From the NCBI GenBank assembly GCA_964586775.1, contig CAZPJD010000225.1:464-64463 (forward strand): a stretch of DNA of 64,000 bases. The letters run 5' to 3'. Positions within the stretch are counted from its first letter, which is position 1. Every line of letters begins with the position of its first letter. Of this stretch, positions 28,245-37,962 are shown piece after piece. Made by a program: the position numbers and the translations under genes. The DNA comes from an uncultured bacterium. GTDB taxonomy: Bacteria; Lernaellota; Lernaellaia; JACKCT01. The notes beneath the pieces were generated by a model. It saw only the letters and a list, made by a program, of their open reading frames with translations, did no database searches and was not told where the DNA came from.

Positions 28245-29915
28245 CTACATCGCCTCGGGCGCGGCGATGCCGAGAATGGCGAGCGCGTTCGCCGTCGCCT
28301 GTTTCACCGCGGCGCATAGCGCCAGGCGCGCGGCGGTGAGGGCCGCGTCGTCGGTCAGGATGCGGTGCTGGAAGTAGTAGGGGTGGAAGAGCCCGGCGAG
28401 CTCGGACAGGTAAACGGTGAGCCGGTGCGGCTCGCGCCCCTGCGCCGACTGCGTGACGATGTTCGGCAGCTCGGCGAGGCGCTGCGCGATCTCGAGTTCC
28501 TGGGGCGCGGCGAGTTTCGCGAAGTCCACGTCCGCCGCGCGGGGAATCGCCACGCCGGCCTCGGCGGCCTTGGCGAAGATGGAGCAGATGCGCGCATGCA
28601 TATACTGCACGTAAAAGACCGGGTTCTTGTTCGACTGTTCCTTGGCGAGATCGACATCGAAGTCGAGCTGCGCGTCGTAGCGGCGCATGAGGAAGAACCA
28701 GCGCGTGGCGTCGCGGCCGACCTCTTCGCGCAATTCCTGCAACGTGTAGAACTCGCCCGCCCGGGTGGACATGCTCACGCGCTCGCCGCCGCGCATCAGG
28801 CTCACCATCTGGATCAGCAGCACCGACAGCGCGTTCGGATCGAGGCCGAGCGACGCGATCGCCGCCTTCATCCGCGCCACGTAGCCGTGGTGATCGGCGC
28901 CCCAGATGTCGATCAGCTCGTCGAAGCCGCGCGCGATCTTGTCGGCGTGATACGCCACGTCGCCCGCGAGATAGGTCTTTTCGCCGTTGCTCTTGACGAG
29001 CACGCGGTTTTTCTCGTCGCCGAAACGCATGGTGTCGAGCCATAGCGCGCCGTCGTCGTCGAACGCGAATCCGCCCTCGCGCAGCGTGCGCAGCGTGGCA
29101 TCCACCGTGCCCGCGTCGTAGAGCGTCTTCTCCGAAAAACAGCGGTCGAAACGCACCCCGAGGGCTTCGAGGTCGTCGAGAATTTCGCGCAGGATGCGCC
29201 CGCCGGTCCACAGCGAGATCTCGGGGATGTCGGCCTCGGTCACGCCGTCGCCGCGCTCGGCGCGCAGGGCGCGGGCGTGGTCGATCATGTAATCGCCCTG
29301 ATAGAGCCCCTGCTCCAGCGGCCCGGTCTTTCCCTCGATGAGCTGCCGGTAACGCAGAACCGTCGAACGCCCGAGGGTCTGGATCTGCAGGCCAGCGTCG
29401 TTGACGTAGTACTCGCGTTCGACCGCGAATCCCGCCGCGGCGATCAGGTTGGCGAGCGCGTCGCCCACCACCGCCCCGCGCCCGTGGCCGATGTGCAGAG
29501 GGCCCGTGGGATTGGCCGAGACGAACTCCACCAGCACGCGCTTCCCCGCGCCCGCCGTCGTGCGGCCGAAGTTCGCGCCCTCGGCCTCGATGCGACGCAC
29601 CACCTCGAAGACGCTCGCGGTGTTGACGAAGAGATTGATGAAGCCCGGCCCGGCGATCTCGCAGCGGCGCACCAGCCCGTCGGCGTCGCCGAGTTCTTCG
29701 ACGAGGGCGGTCGCGATTTCGCGGGGATTTTTCCCGACGGCTTTGGCGAACATCATCGCCACGTTGGTGGCATAGTCGCCGTGGTCGGCGTGCTTGGGGA
29801 TGGTGAGCTGCACGTCGGGGACGCGCGCGTCCGTGCCCCACTTCGTCGCCGCGCGCCCGAGCGCCTCGCCGATCCTCGCCGCCAGTTGCTCCTTCATCGT
29901 TCGTTCTCGCTCCAA
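28245..29915 (-). CDS. argS: Arginine--tRNA ligase
   Basis: 556 aa. Class I aaRS HIGH-type motif PTGPLHIGHGR. ArgS anticodon-binding C-terminus. An alternative start a few codons downstream (MKEQL) is possible. Confidence 0.9.
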   Translation of the reverse strand: MERERTMKEQLAARIGEALGRAATKWGTDARVPDVQLTIPKHADHGDYATNVAMMFAKAVGKNPREIATALVEELGDADGLVRRCEIAGPGFINLFVNTASVFEVVRRIEAEGANFGRTTAGAGKRVLVEFVSANPTGPLHIGHGRGAVVGDALANLIAAAGFAVEREYYVNDAGLQIQTLGRSTVLRYRQLIEGKTGPLEQGLYQGDYMIDHARALRAERGDGVTEADIPEISLWTGGRILREILDDLEALGVRFDRCFSEKTLYDAGTVDATLRTLREGGFAFDDDGALWLDTMRFGDEKNRVLVKSNGEKTYLAGDVAYHADKIARGFDELIDIWGADHHGYVARMKAAIASLGLDPNALSVLLIQMVSLMRGGERVSMSTRAGEFYTLQELREEVGRDATRWFFLMRRYDAQLDFDVDLAKEQSNKNPVFYVQYMHARICSIFAKAAEAGVAIPRAADVDFAKLAAPQELEIAQRLAELPNIVTQSAQGREPHRLTVYLSELAGLFHPYYFQHRILTDDAALTAARLALCAAVKQATANALAILGIAAPEAM

Positions 29916-29978
29916 ATATTGTTTCTCGACCGCGCGATCGTCGCGGCCCTCATAACACGGTGTTCGAGACCAGACCCG

Positions 29979-31547
29979 CTAGCACCCGCATCCGTCGTCG
30001 TCGTCATCGTCGTCGTCGTCGCCGTACGCGGGGATGTCGGTGGACGTGTCGTCGTCACCGGAATCGTCATCCGCCGTATCGTCATCCGCGGTGTCGTCGT
30101 CGGAATCGTCGTCCGCCGTATCGTCGTCGCTATCGTCGTCGCTGTCGTCATCGGTGTCGTCATCGTCGGGTTCGATCAGATCGTCGTCGCCGAAGGGTCC
30201 GCCGCCGGGCAGGATGCCGTAGTACACGCCCATCCAGTAGCCGACGAGGTAGTCCATACCCGGGCCCACATAGCGCTGGTCCTCGCCGTGGTTGCAGCCC
30301 GTCTCGAAGGGCGTCGACTGCCAATACATGTCGGTCCAGTGCCGGTCGTCCAGCTCGCGCGCCTCGGCGGTGATCGGGTCGATGTTGATGAGATCGTTCA
30401 GCCACGGGTACTGGTTGCCCAGCTCGTCGAGCAGCACCGACAGCGGATCGAGCGGCATGTCCGAGCACGTGCGCGCGCGGCGGTAGCTCGGCGCGTCCCA
30501 ATATCGGCCCAACGTGTTGAAGTGGTCGTCCTCGATCCAGTCGTAATCGTCTTCCACGCAATTGCCGAGACGCAGGCAGCCGGTCACGTGCGTCGAATCG
30601 AACCAGGGGTTGTGCGTTCGTTCCACATAGGGGCGGTTGTAGGTCATCCACAGATCGTAGAGTTCCTCGAGCCGCTCGCGATCCGGCCACAGGCGAAACA
30701 CCGCCTGAAAATCCAAATGACGCAGGTTGTTGCCGTAGTACTCGGTGTACTTGTTGTATCCGGCCCAGATGTCCACCGCGAGCACGGGCCGCCACAGGTT
30801 GTACTGCTGGTCGAGCAGTTCCCAAATCTCGGGTGTGTCGATCACGTACGCGGCCTGCACGAGCCACGCGATGCGCTTCATCGGGCCGATCCACGCCGCG
30901 CCGTTGCCCGTGTATTCGCCGTTCTGGTCGGTGATGTTCCAGTCGTTCGTCGTGAGCATCTCGATCACGTCGATGATGTCGTCGCGGATGCCCGCGCGCA
31001 CGTCCTCGTGCTCGGCGAGTCCTTCGAGCGCCTGATACGAGAGCACCATGCCCCACCACCAGCCGCTGTATTGGTCGCGGCTCGTGTGATCGACCCAGTA
31101 GAGCCCCGCGAACTCGCCCTCGCCGTGATTTTTCCAGTCGTTGTCATCGCCCTGGCCGCAGTTCCACGGGGCGATGTCCTCGCCCGCGAAGCGAGCGATG
31201 TAGCCCAGCGTCTGCGTGATCGCCATGGCGGTGCGCATGTATTCGACCACGCGCAGCACCTCGTCGAGCGCGCCCTCGTCGCCCGTGGCCATGTAGCGCA
31301 GCGCCTCGGCGCCCAGGTACATGCCCGTCCAGATCATGCTGTCGCCCTGATGGTGCAGGCAGCCGATCTCGGTACGCGTCTCGTCGGTGAACTCGACCGC
31401 GCCGGTGAGCGCACCGAGGCTTCCGTTGTGCCAGGTCTCGATCCACTCCTGATACGCCTCGGCTTTGGCGTGCAGATCGGGATCGAAATCGGCCCACGCG
31501 GGGGAAACCGCGAGACAAATCGTCAGAATCAACAGCGCGCGTCGCAT
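29979..31547 (-). CDS. Secreted hypothetical protein (Trp/Tyr-rich globular domain) with C-terminal poly-Asp linker ending DDDDDDDDDGCGC
   Basis: Signal peptide MRRALLILTICLAVSPAWA. A 440-aa domain with no recognised family. The C-terminal 80 aa are almost exclusively Asp/Thr/Ser, then GCGC-stop. Confidence 0.65.
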   Translation of the reverse strand: MRRALLILTICLAVSPAWADFDPDLHAKAEAYQEWIETWHNGSLGALTGAVEFTDETRTEIGCLHHQGDSMIWTGMYLGAEALRYMATGDEGALDEVLRVVEYMRTAMAITQTLGYIARFAGEDIAPWNCGQGDDNDWKNHGEGEFAGLYWVDHTSRDQYSGWWWGMVLSYQALEGLAEHEDVRAGIRDDIIDVIEMLTTNDWNITDQNGEYTGNGAAWIGPMKRIAWLVQAAYVIDTPEIWELLDQQYNLWRPVLAVDIWAGYNKYTEYYGNNLRHLDFQAVFRLWPDRERLEELYDLWMTYNRPYVERTHNPWFDSTHVTGCLRLGNCVEDDYDWIEDDHFNTLGRYWDAPSYRRARTCSDMPLDPLSVLLDELGNQYPWLNDLINIDPITAEARELDDRHWTDMYWQSTPFETGCNHGEDQRYVGPGMDYLVGYWMGVYYGILPGGGPFGDDDLIEPDDDDTDDDSDDDSDDDTADDDSDDDTADDDTADDDSGDDDTSTDIPAYGDDDDDDDDDGCGC

Positions 31548-31578
31548 CGTTCACCTCGCGAAAAGGGGTCTCGCCATG

Positions 31579-31917
31579 TCACGGCAGGCCCGGAAAGTTC
31601 TCGACGAACTGGATCTTGAGATCGGGGAAGGAATCGACGTACTGCACCTTCAGGTCCGGGAAGTTTTCGACGAACTGCCACTTGCCGCACGCATCGGGGA
31701 AGTGCTCGACGTGCTTGACCTTCAGGTCGGGGAACGACTGCACCGTCTGGATCTTGATGTCGGGGAAATTCGAGACGATCTTGACCTTGCCGTAGAGCTT
31801 GAAGCCCTTGAACGTGCAGTCGGGTCCGACCTTCTTGTCCGACGAACCCGCCGACGACGCGACCAGCGACAGCGCAATCGCGACGATCACCAGACGAACG
31901 AAAGACGGGGTGCGCAT
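31579..31917 (-). CDS. Small secreted protein with six tandem FPD(L/I)K(V/I)-type 11-residue repeats
   Basis: Only the C-terminal 112 aa of the 359-aa track ORF look real. They comprise a signal peptide and repeats NFPDIKIQTVQSFPDLKVKHVEHFPD...NFPDLKVQYVDSFPDLKIQFVENFPG. The upstream part is Arg-rich antisense noise. Confidence 0.5.
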   Translation of the reverse strand: MRTPSFVRLVIVAIALSLVASSAGSSDKKVGPDCTFKGFKLYGKVKIVSNFPDIKIQTVQSFPDLKVKHVEHFPDACGKWQFVENFPDLKVQYVDSFPDLKIQFVENFPGLP

Positions 31918-32006
31918 GCTCCTCCCTCCCAAGGCGAGCGGGAGTTTTCCAGAACGCGAAGCGAATGTCCATGCAAAGCGCGTGAAAAGAGCGAAGGAAG
32001 AGGGAA

Positions 32007-33020
32007 TCAGATCTCGCCGCGGCCCTTCGCCGAATCGGTCAGATCGATCAACTCCGCGGGATACGGACGCAGCAGGCTCTGGCGGCGCAGGTAGTCGTAG
32101 CCTTCGCGCTCGGACCACGACGCCAGCAGGGCGATCGGCGCGGCGAGCGGCGCGCGGCGTTCGCGGTATCGCCGCACGAGCTGAAGGTAGTGGCTCTTCT
32201 CGGCGTGCGATAGCGACTTCTTGAAAAACCCGAACGCGTGCTCCAGCGCGTTGATGACCGCGCCGCGCCGCCACGGCGCGTCGAAGACCCCGGCCAGCGT
32301 TTCGGCGTAGGCGGCGAACACGTCGTCGGGCGCAAGGGCGTCGCGATTCGCCACGACGTTGCCAAGCGCTCGCATCGCCGATTCGCGTGCGGCCATGAGC
32401 AGGAACTTGTGGCGGGCGTGAAAGTCGACGAGCGCGCTGATGCGGCCGGTCGCCCTTGCGGCGCGCAGCTCGGCAAACGTGAAGATGCGAATCAGAAAGC
32501 GCTCGCGGATCACGAAGTTCGACAACCGCCCTTCGTCCTCGACCGCGCCCTCGCCGAACCGTTGCAGCACCTCGGCGGCGAACAGCCCCGCGCCCTTGCC
32601 CGACGCCATCGCATCGGCGCCGGCGTGCGCGTAGTGCTTCACGTCGCGCGGGCCGCACGAGGGCGAGCGCGACTTGAGGAGAAAGCCGTCGATCGGCCCG
32701 AGTGCGTCAAGCGTCGTCCTCGTCCACGCGCGCATGTCGTCGGTGACGTCGCGGCCCGATTCGGGCTGCACCAGTCGCGGCTCGTCGCCGCGCAGGGTGA
32801 TGCGCACCGGCGGGCGTGGCGTGCCCAGACCGATCTCGGCTTCGGGGCAGTGCGTCACGAGGTCCGCGTGCGCCGCGAGTCGCTCGACAAAGTCGTCGCG
32901 CAGAATCGCCCCGTCCCAACGGCACGCCTCGAAACCCAAACACCGGCTGACAAAGACACGGGGCCGCGCGAATGTGAGTTCGTCGGGATCGACGGTGGTG
33001 GTGCGAGGGGTCATGCGCAC
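32007..33020 (-). CDS. DUF523 (TudS-like) plus DUF1722 (YbgA-like) fusion protein
   Basis: N-terminal CLGFEACRWDG Cys cluster typical of DUF523. C-terminal helical DUF1722-like region. 337 aa. Confidence 0.6.
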   Translation of the reverse strand: MRMTPRTTTVDPDELTFARPRVFVSRCLGFEACRWDGAILRDDFVERLAAHADLVTHCPEAEIGLGTPRPPVRITLRGDEPRLVQPESGRDVTDDMRAWTRTTLDALGPIDGFLLKSRSPSCGPRDVKHYAHAGADAMASGKGAGLFAAEVLQRFGEGAVEDEGRLSNFVIRERFLIRIFTFAELRAARATGRISALVDFHARHKFLLMAARESAMRALGNVVANRDALAPDDVFAAYAETLAGVFDAPWRRGAVINALEHAFGFFKKSLSHAEKSHYLQLVRRYRERRAPLAAPIALLASWSEREGYDYLRRQSLLRPYPAELIDLTDSAKGRGEI

Positions 33021-33103
33021 GTTTTAGCGCGAACGCGATGCGGTGACCAGAAAGAGGGTTGGAGTATCAGGATCAGACCTCGGCGCCCGACAGCACACGA
33101 AGC

Positions 33104-33319
33104 CTAGCCAACGGCGATCTCGAGCTGCGTGACGAAGACATCGCGGCGAAGTCGTCGGCTCACCTCTTCCGCGGGCGCCGCCTCGAAAAACAACTCCAAC
33201 GCTTCGCGAAGGTTGTCGCGCGCTTCCTCGATCGTGTCGCCCTGACTGGCGATGTCCAATTCCGGACACAACGCGACGTATCCCTCTTCGTCCTGCTCGA
33301 TCACCGCGGTCATGCGCAT
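33104..33319 (-). CDS. HicB-family antitoxin-like protein (UPF0150 type), no adjacent HicA
   Basis: 71 aa. AVIEQDEEGYVALCPELDIASQGDTIEEARDNLREALELFFE is the canonical UPF0150/HicB N-domain pattern. Confidence 0.6.
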   Translation of the reverse strand: MRMTAVIEQDEEGYVALCPELDIASQGDTIEEARDNLREALELFFEAAPAEEVSRRLRRDVFVTQLEIAVG

Positions 33320-33471
33320 GGCGGACTCTCCTTGGATCTGTTGAATAGACTCCGGCGCTCGCGCGGCGTTGTCAATTGTTCGGGCTCGCCGTCGTCTTCG
33401 TGTTCCCCGTCTTCATTGACAGTGCCCCGCGCGCCGCTAACATCGGCGCCACGGGGAGGGCGCGCTCGCCC

Positions 33472-33894
33472 ATGTTCGACGTCGGCGGCTCCGAAATCCT
33501 GCTCATTCTCTTCCTCACGCTGCTCGTGATGGGGCCGAAGAATATCCCCAAGATCGCGCGCACGCTGGGCAAGACCATGCAGCAGGTCCGGCGCATCACC
33601 AACGAATTCAAGCATGCGATGGAAGACGAGATCCGAGTGCTGGAACTCGAGGAACTCAAGACGGAGCGCGCCAAAACTTCGGCAAATCGCCCCGCCGAGC
33701 CCGTCGCCGCGCGGTCGAATTCCGCCGATGCCGAGGGTCCCGCCACACCCGCCACGCCGGCGGGGGAGCCGGTCGTCGAGACCGTCAATCCGGCGGCGGA
33801 GATCCCGGTCGAGCGCGAGCGAACGGGAGCGCATCCCACCACGCCGTCCACCGAGACGGCGGCGCGTGGCGCGAACGACGGGGGCGCGGCGTGA
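33472..33894 (+). CDS. tatA: Twin-arginine translocase TatA/TatB-family protein
   Basis: The N-terminus MFDVGGSEILLILFLTLLVMGPKNIPKIAR is the TatA/B TM-hinge-amphipathic signature. The long acidic/Pro-rich tail suggests TatB-like. Confidence 0.8.
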   Translation: MFDVGGSEILLILFLTLLVMGPKNIPKIARTLGKTMQQVRRITNEFKHAMEDEIRVLELEELKTERAKTSANRPAEPVAARSNSADAEGPATPATPAGEPVVETVNPAAEIPVERERTGAHPTTPSTETAARGANDGGAA

Positions 33895-34673
33895 AGGAGC
33901 GCGACGCCGAGCTCGCCGGCCACATGACGCTGACGGAGCACCTGACCGAGCTGCGCAAGCGGCTGCTGTGGTGCGTGGGCGCGATCGGCGTGTGCTTTTT
34001 CGCCGCGTGGAATTTTGCGCCGCGCATCTTCGCCCTGTTCATGGAGCCGCTCACGCGCGTGCTGGGCGAGGGCCGGCAGGTGGTGTTCACGTCGCCCGCC
34101 GAGGCGTTCATCACCTACATGAAGGTCGCCGTGACGGTGGGCGTATTCGCGTCGGCGCCGGTGATCTTCTGGCAGATTTGGCGCTTCGTCGCGCCGGGGC
34201 TGTACCGCCGCGAGCGCGCGTATTTCGGCGCGGTGGTGATCGTCGGATCGTTCTTCTTCGTGGGCGGCGCGCTCTTCGGCTACTTCAGCGTCTTCCCCAT
34301 CGGATTCGCCTACTTCATCAAGACCTTCGAGACCGAAACCATCCGCGCGATGATCAGCGTGAAAGAATACTGGAGTTTCGCGCTCACGATGCTCGTGTGC
34401 TTCGGCGTCGCGTTCGAGCTTCCCGTCTTCGTGTTCTTTCTCGCGAGGGTCGGTATCGTCACGCCGCAGTGGCTCTGGAAAAACTTCCGCTACGCCGTGC
34501 TCGTCATCTTCATCGCGGCGGCGATCTTTACGCCGCCCGACATCATCTCGCAGATCACCCTCGGCGTGCCGCTCGTCATCCTCTACCTGCTCGCCACCGG
34601 CGCGGCGTATCTGTTCGGCTCGAGAAAAAAGCCGGTCGAATCCGCGGCCGACGCCGCATCCGCCGACGAGTAG
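33891..34673 (+). CDS. tatC: Twin-arginine translocase subunit TatC
   Basis: 260 aa, six TM. Conserved TatC N-terminal motif MTLTEHLTELRKRL. Overlaps the tatA/B stop by 4 nt. Confidence 0.85.
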   Translation: MKERDAELAGHMTLTEHLTELRKRLLWCVGAIGVCFFAAWNFAPRIFALFMEPLTRVLGEGRQVVFTSPAEAFITYMKVAVTVGVFASAPVIFWQIWRFVAPGLYRRERAYFGAVVIVGSFFFVGGALFGYFSVFPIGFAYFIKTFETETIRAMISVKEYWSFALTMLVCFGVAFELPVFVFFLARVGIVTPQWLWKNFRYAVLVIFIAAAIFTPPDIISQITLGVPLVILYLLATGAAYLFGSRKKPVESAADAASADE

Positions 34674-34680
34674 GCCCCCT

Positions 34681-35346
34681 TCACCGCTTTCGCACGCGGC
34701 CCGTGCTCACGGCCCACCAGCCGTAGGCGAATCCGCCGATGTGCGCCCACCACGCCACACCCGGCGCGCCGGGGTCGCTCATGATCGATCCGAGGATTTG
34801 CATGCCGAGCCAAAGACCGATGAAGATGCGCGCACGCCAGATGAAAAAGATCGGGTAGATGACAATGAGAAAAAATCCCTTGATGCGCGCGGCGGGAAAC
34901 AGATGCAGGTATGCGCCCAGCACCGCCGCCACCGCGCCCGACGCCCCGACCATCGGCACGCGCGATCCCCGCTGCACCACCGCGTGCGCGAGGCACGCGA
35001 CCATCGCGGCGACGAGATAGAAACGCACGAACGCGCCGCGCCCCAGCCGGTCCTCGACGTTGTCGCCGAAGACCCACAGGAACAGCATGTTTCCCGCCAG
35101 ATGCGCGATGCCGCCATGCAGGAACGCGCTGGTGATCGCCGTGACCGGTGTGAGGACCGAATCCCATGCCCACGGATGCAGCAGCTGATAGGGCACCGCC
35201 GCGAAACGCAACCCCGCATCCCGCGCGCCGAGCTGCCACACGAATGCGGCGACATTCGCCGCGATGAGCAGCGTCGTCATCACCGGCGCGCGGCGCGTGG
35301 GGTTGAGGTCGCGATAGGGAATCATGCCCGGGCAGGAATAGCACAA
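34681..35346 (-). CDS. Rhomboid-family intramembrane serine protease
   Basis: GASGAVAAVLGAY (GxSG) in TM4 and HIGGFAYG His in TM6. 221 aa. Confidence 0.8.
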   Translation of the reverse strand: MCYSCPGMIPYRDLNPTRRAPVMTTLLIAANVAAFVWQLGARDAGLRFAAVPYQLLHPWAWDSVLTPVTAITSAFLHGGIAHLAGNMLFLWVFGDNVEDRLGRGAFVRFYLVAAMVACLAHAVVQRGSRVPMVGASGAVAAVLGAYLHLFPAARIKGFFLIVIYPIFFIWRARIFIGLWLGMQILGSIMSDPGAPGVAWWAHIGGFAYGWWAVSTGRVRKR

Positions 35347-35432
35347 CGGTCGCGCGGGCGCGACGTGTCGCGCCGATCTTGTTGACGCCGACGCGGCGCG
35401 CGAGAATGATGTGGCGCGACTTTGGGGGTCGA

Positions 35433-36485
35433 ATGTCCATCGCCGCGACGACCGTGACCGAGATGTACGAACGCATGCGCGAGCGCTTGGCGCGCCTCGT
35501 GCCCGAGGCCGAGCTGCGCCTGAAGGCCGAGATCGCGTTCGAGGTCAATCGCCTCAAGGCCGAGCGCGGCGCGATCGTCCTCGGCCACAACTACATGGAG
35601 CCCGCGCTCTTCCACTCGGTCTGCGACGTGGTGGGCGATTCGCTGGAACTCTCGCGGCGCGCCGCGGCGGCGAGCGCGGACCCGATTGTGTTTTGCGGCG
35701 TGCGTTTCATGGCCGAAACGGCGAAGATCCTGAATCCCGAACGCACCGTTTTGCTGCCCGCGAAAAAAGCGGGGTGTTCGCTCGCCGACGGCATCACCGC
35801 CGAAGACGTGCGCCGACTGCGCGAGGCGTATCCCGGCGTGCCGATCGTCACCTACATCAACACCTACGCCGACGTGAAGGCCGAGGTGGACGTGGTGTGC
35901 ACGTCGGGCAACGCGGTGCGCGTGGTGAGGGCGCTCGATTCCGACCTCGTGATTTTCCTGCCCGACGAATACCTGGCGCGCAACGTCGCCGCCGAGACGG
36001 GCAAGACGATTCTCGTGCCGACGGGCGATCTGGATTCGCTCGGGGACGTGCGCGCGCGCGGCATCGGCATGATCGGCTGGCGCGCCCGCTGCGAGGTCCA
36101 CGAAAAATACACGGTGGACGACATCGCGAATGTGCGGCGGCAGTTCCCCGACGTGTACGTGCTCGCGCATCCCGAGTGCCGCCCCGAGGTCGTCGAGGCC
36201 GCGGACTATTCCGGCAGCACGACGCAGATGGTACACCAGGTGAAACAGCACGACGCGGCGCACTATCTGCTGCTCACCGAATGCAGCATGGGCGACAACA
36301 TCATCGCCGAGAACCCCGAGCGCGACATTTTGCGGATGTGCTCGGTGCGCTGCCCGCACATGAACGAGATCACGCTCGAAAACGTGCTCGATTCGCTGCG
36401 CCACGACGCGGAGACGATCGAGGTCGAGGAATCGGTGCGTGTGCGCGCGCGCAAATCGCTCGACCGGATGCTGGCGATCGGGTGA
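35433..36485 (+). CDS. nadA: Quinolinate synthase
   Basis: Three-fold repeat architecture with conserved Cys (CVRFMAET, CEVHEKY, CSMGD contexts). About 350 aa. Confidence 0.85.
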   Translation: MSIAATTVTEMYERMRERLARLVPEAELRLKAEIAFEVNRLKAERGAIVLGHNYMEPALFHSVCDVVGDSLELSRRAAAASADPIVFCGVRFMAETAKILNPERTVLLPAKKAGCSLADGITAEDVRRLREAYPGVPIVTYINTYADVKAEVDVVCTSGNAVRVVRALDSDLVIFLPDEYLARNVAAETGKTILVPTGDLDSLGDVRARGIGMIGWRARCEVHEKYTVDDIANVRRQFPDVYVLAHPECRPEVVEAADYSGSTTQMVHQVKQHDAAHYLLLTECSMGDNIIAENPERDILRMCSVRCPHMNEITLENVLDSLRHDAETIEVEESVRVRARKSLDRMLAIG

Positions 36486-36507
36486 GGGCCGAAGGAGAAT
36501 CACGAAG

Positions 36508-37902
36508 ATGCGGACCTACTGCCGGAAGGTTTTGTTCCTTCCCCTCTTGGCCGTATTGCTTCTCACCGGCTGCACAGGAGACGACGATTCGCCTTCGTCG
36601 GACTCCGGCGTAACAAGCGATGACGACTCGGCGTCGGACGACGACACGACCGCCGATGACGACGCGGCGGACGACGATCTCGCGGACGATGACGACGACG
36701 GGCCGAGTTATCGCCCGATCCTGTTCGTGCATGGATTCCTCGAAGACGGCGACGCCTTTCACGCGCAGTCGCAGCGCTTCGCCACGAACGACTACGACCT
36801 CGATCGCGTCTTCGCCGTCGATTACAACACGCTCTGGGCGACGCCGGACGCCGTCGATCTGATCGGCGGGGCGATCGACGAGATCCGCGCGCTCACCGGC
36901 GCCGACGACGTCGACCTGATCGGCCACTCGATGGGCGGGTCGATGGGCGCGGATTATCTGCAGGGCGCCCCCGCGCCGAACCACGTCGCCCACTACGCCC
37001 ACGTGGCGTCCTTCGATTTCGAAACGGCGGGCATCGACGCGCCGATCCTCAATCTGTCGTCCGAGGCCGATGCGGTGGTCGGTGCGCGAGAGATCGACGG
37101 CGCGACCAACGTGGTGCTGCCCGGCCTCGACCACCTGCAACTCGCGACGTCGCCCGAGACCTTCGAGCAGCTCTTCACCTTCTTCAACGGCGAGCCGCCC
37201 GCGACGCTCGAGGTCGAGCCCGCCTCGCCCATCACGCTCTCGGGACGCACACTCGTCTTCGGCACGAACGAGCCCGCGCCCGCGCAGATCGTGCGCATCT
37301 TCGCGGTCGATCCCGCGACGGGGGAGCGCGACGCCGCCGAGCCCGACGCGGTTTTCACGTCCGACGCGACCGGCGCGTGGGGCCCATTCGATGCTGAGCC
37401 GGACACGCACTACGAGTTCGAGATCCGCGACGAGGCCGGGCGCTGGCCGGCGGTGCGTTATTACCGCGAGCCGTTTATGCGTTCGAGCCGCCTCGTGCAC
37501 TTTCGCGTGTTGCCCGATTTCGATTCGGCGTTCGCGGTGCCGTTCAAGCTGCTACCGCTGCTGGGTGATCGCGTCGCCTTTGCCTCGCTCAACCTCAACC
37601 GCGCGGCGATCGCCGGGCGCGACACCTTCACCGTGGACGGAATCGACCTGGCGACCGAAGACGTTACGCCCGCCGACCAGAGCGTTCTCGCGGCGGTGTT
37701 CGCCGATCTCAACTTCAACGGCGCCACCGACGGACCGATCCTGCCCGGCATCGTCGGCCTCTTTCCGTTCTTCACGATCTACGATCTTTTCGCCGATCCC
37801 GGCGTCGGCGATCCCATCCCGATCGAATTCAACGGACGCACTCTGACGATCCGAGGGGACGAGGGCCCCGCCGAGTCGCTCTCCATCGCTCAATTCGACT
37901 GA
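36508..37902 (+). CDS. Lipoprotein alpha/beta-hydrolase (lipase/esterase class) with poly-Asp N-terminal linker
   Basis: Lipobox LLTGC, then TGDDDSPSSDSGVTSDDDSASDDDTTADDDAADDDLADDDDDG. Lipase motif GHSMGG and an HG oxyanion region. Confidence 0.7.
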   Translation: MRTYCRKVLFLPLLAVLLLTGCTGDDDSPSSDSGVTSDDDSASDDDTTADDDAADDDLADDDDDGPSYRPILFVHGFLEDGDAFHAQSQRFATNDYDLDRVFAVDYNTLWATPDAVDLIGGAIDEIRALTGADDVDLIGHSMGGSMGADYLQGAPAPNHVAHYAHVASFDFETAGIDAPILNLSSEADAVVGAREIDGATNVVLPGLDHLQLATSPETFEQLFTFFNGEPPATLEVEPASPITLSGRTLVFGTNEPAPAQIVRIFAVDPATGERDAAEPDAVFTSDATGAWGPFDAEPDTHYEFEIRDEAGRWPAVRYYREPFMRSSRLVHFRVLPDFDSAFAVPFKLLPLLGDRVAFASLNLNRAAIAGRDTFTVDGIDLATEDVTPADQSVLAAVFADLNFNGATDGPILPGIVGLFPFFTIYDLFADPGVGDPIPIEFNGRTLTIRGDEGPAESLSIAQFD

Positions 37903-37962
37903 GCGCCGCGTCGCGCGATCCACGCGGTTGCGCGCCGTGCGCGGTTTCCCGATCATGACGCG

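Noticed and set aside
31579-32658. 359-aa minus-strand ORF
   Set aside because: The N-terminal 247 codons are Arg-rich antisense noise overlapping the DUF523/DUF1722 gene region. Only the C-terminal 112-aa repeat protein (start about 31917) is credible.
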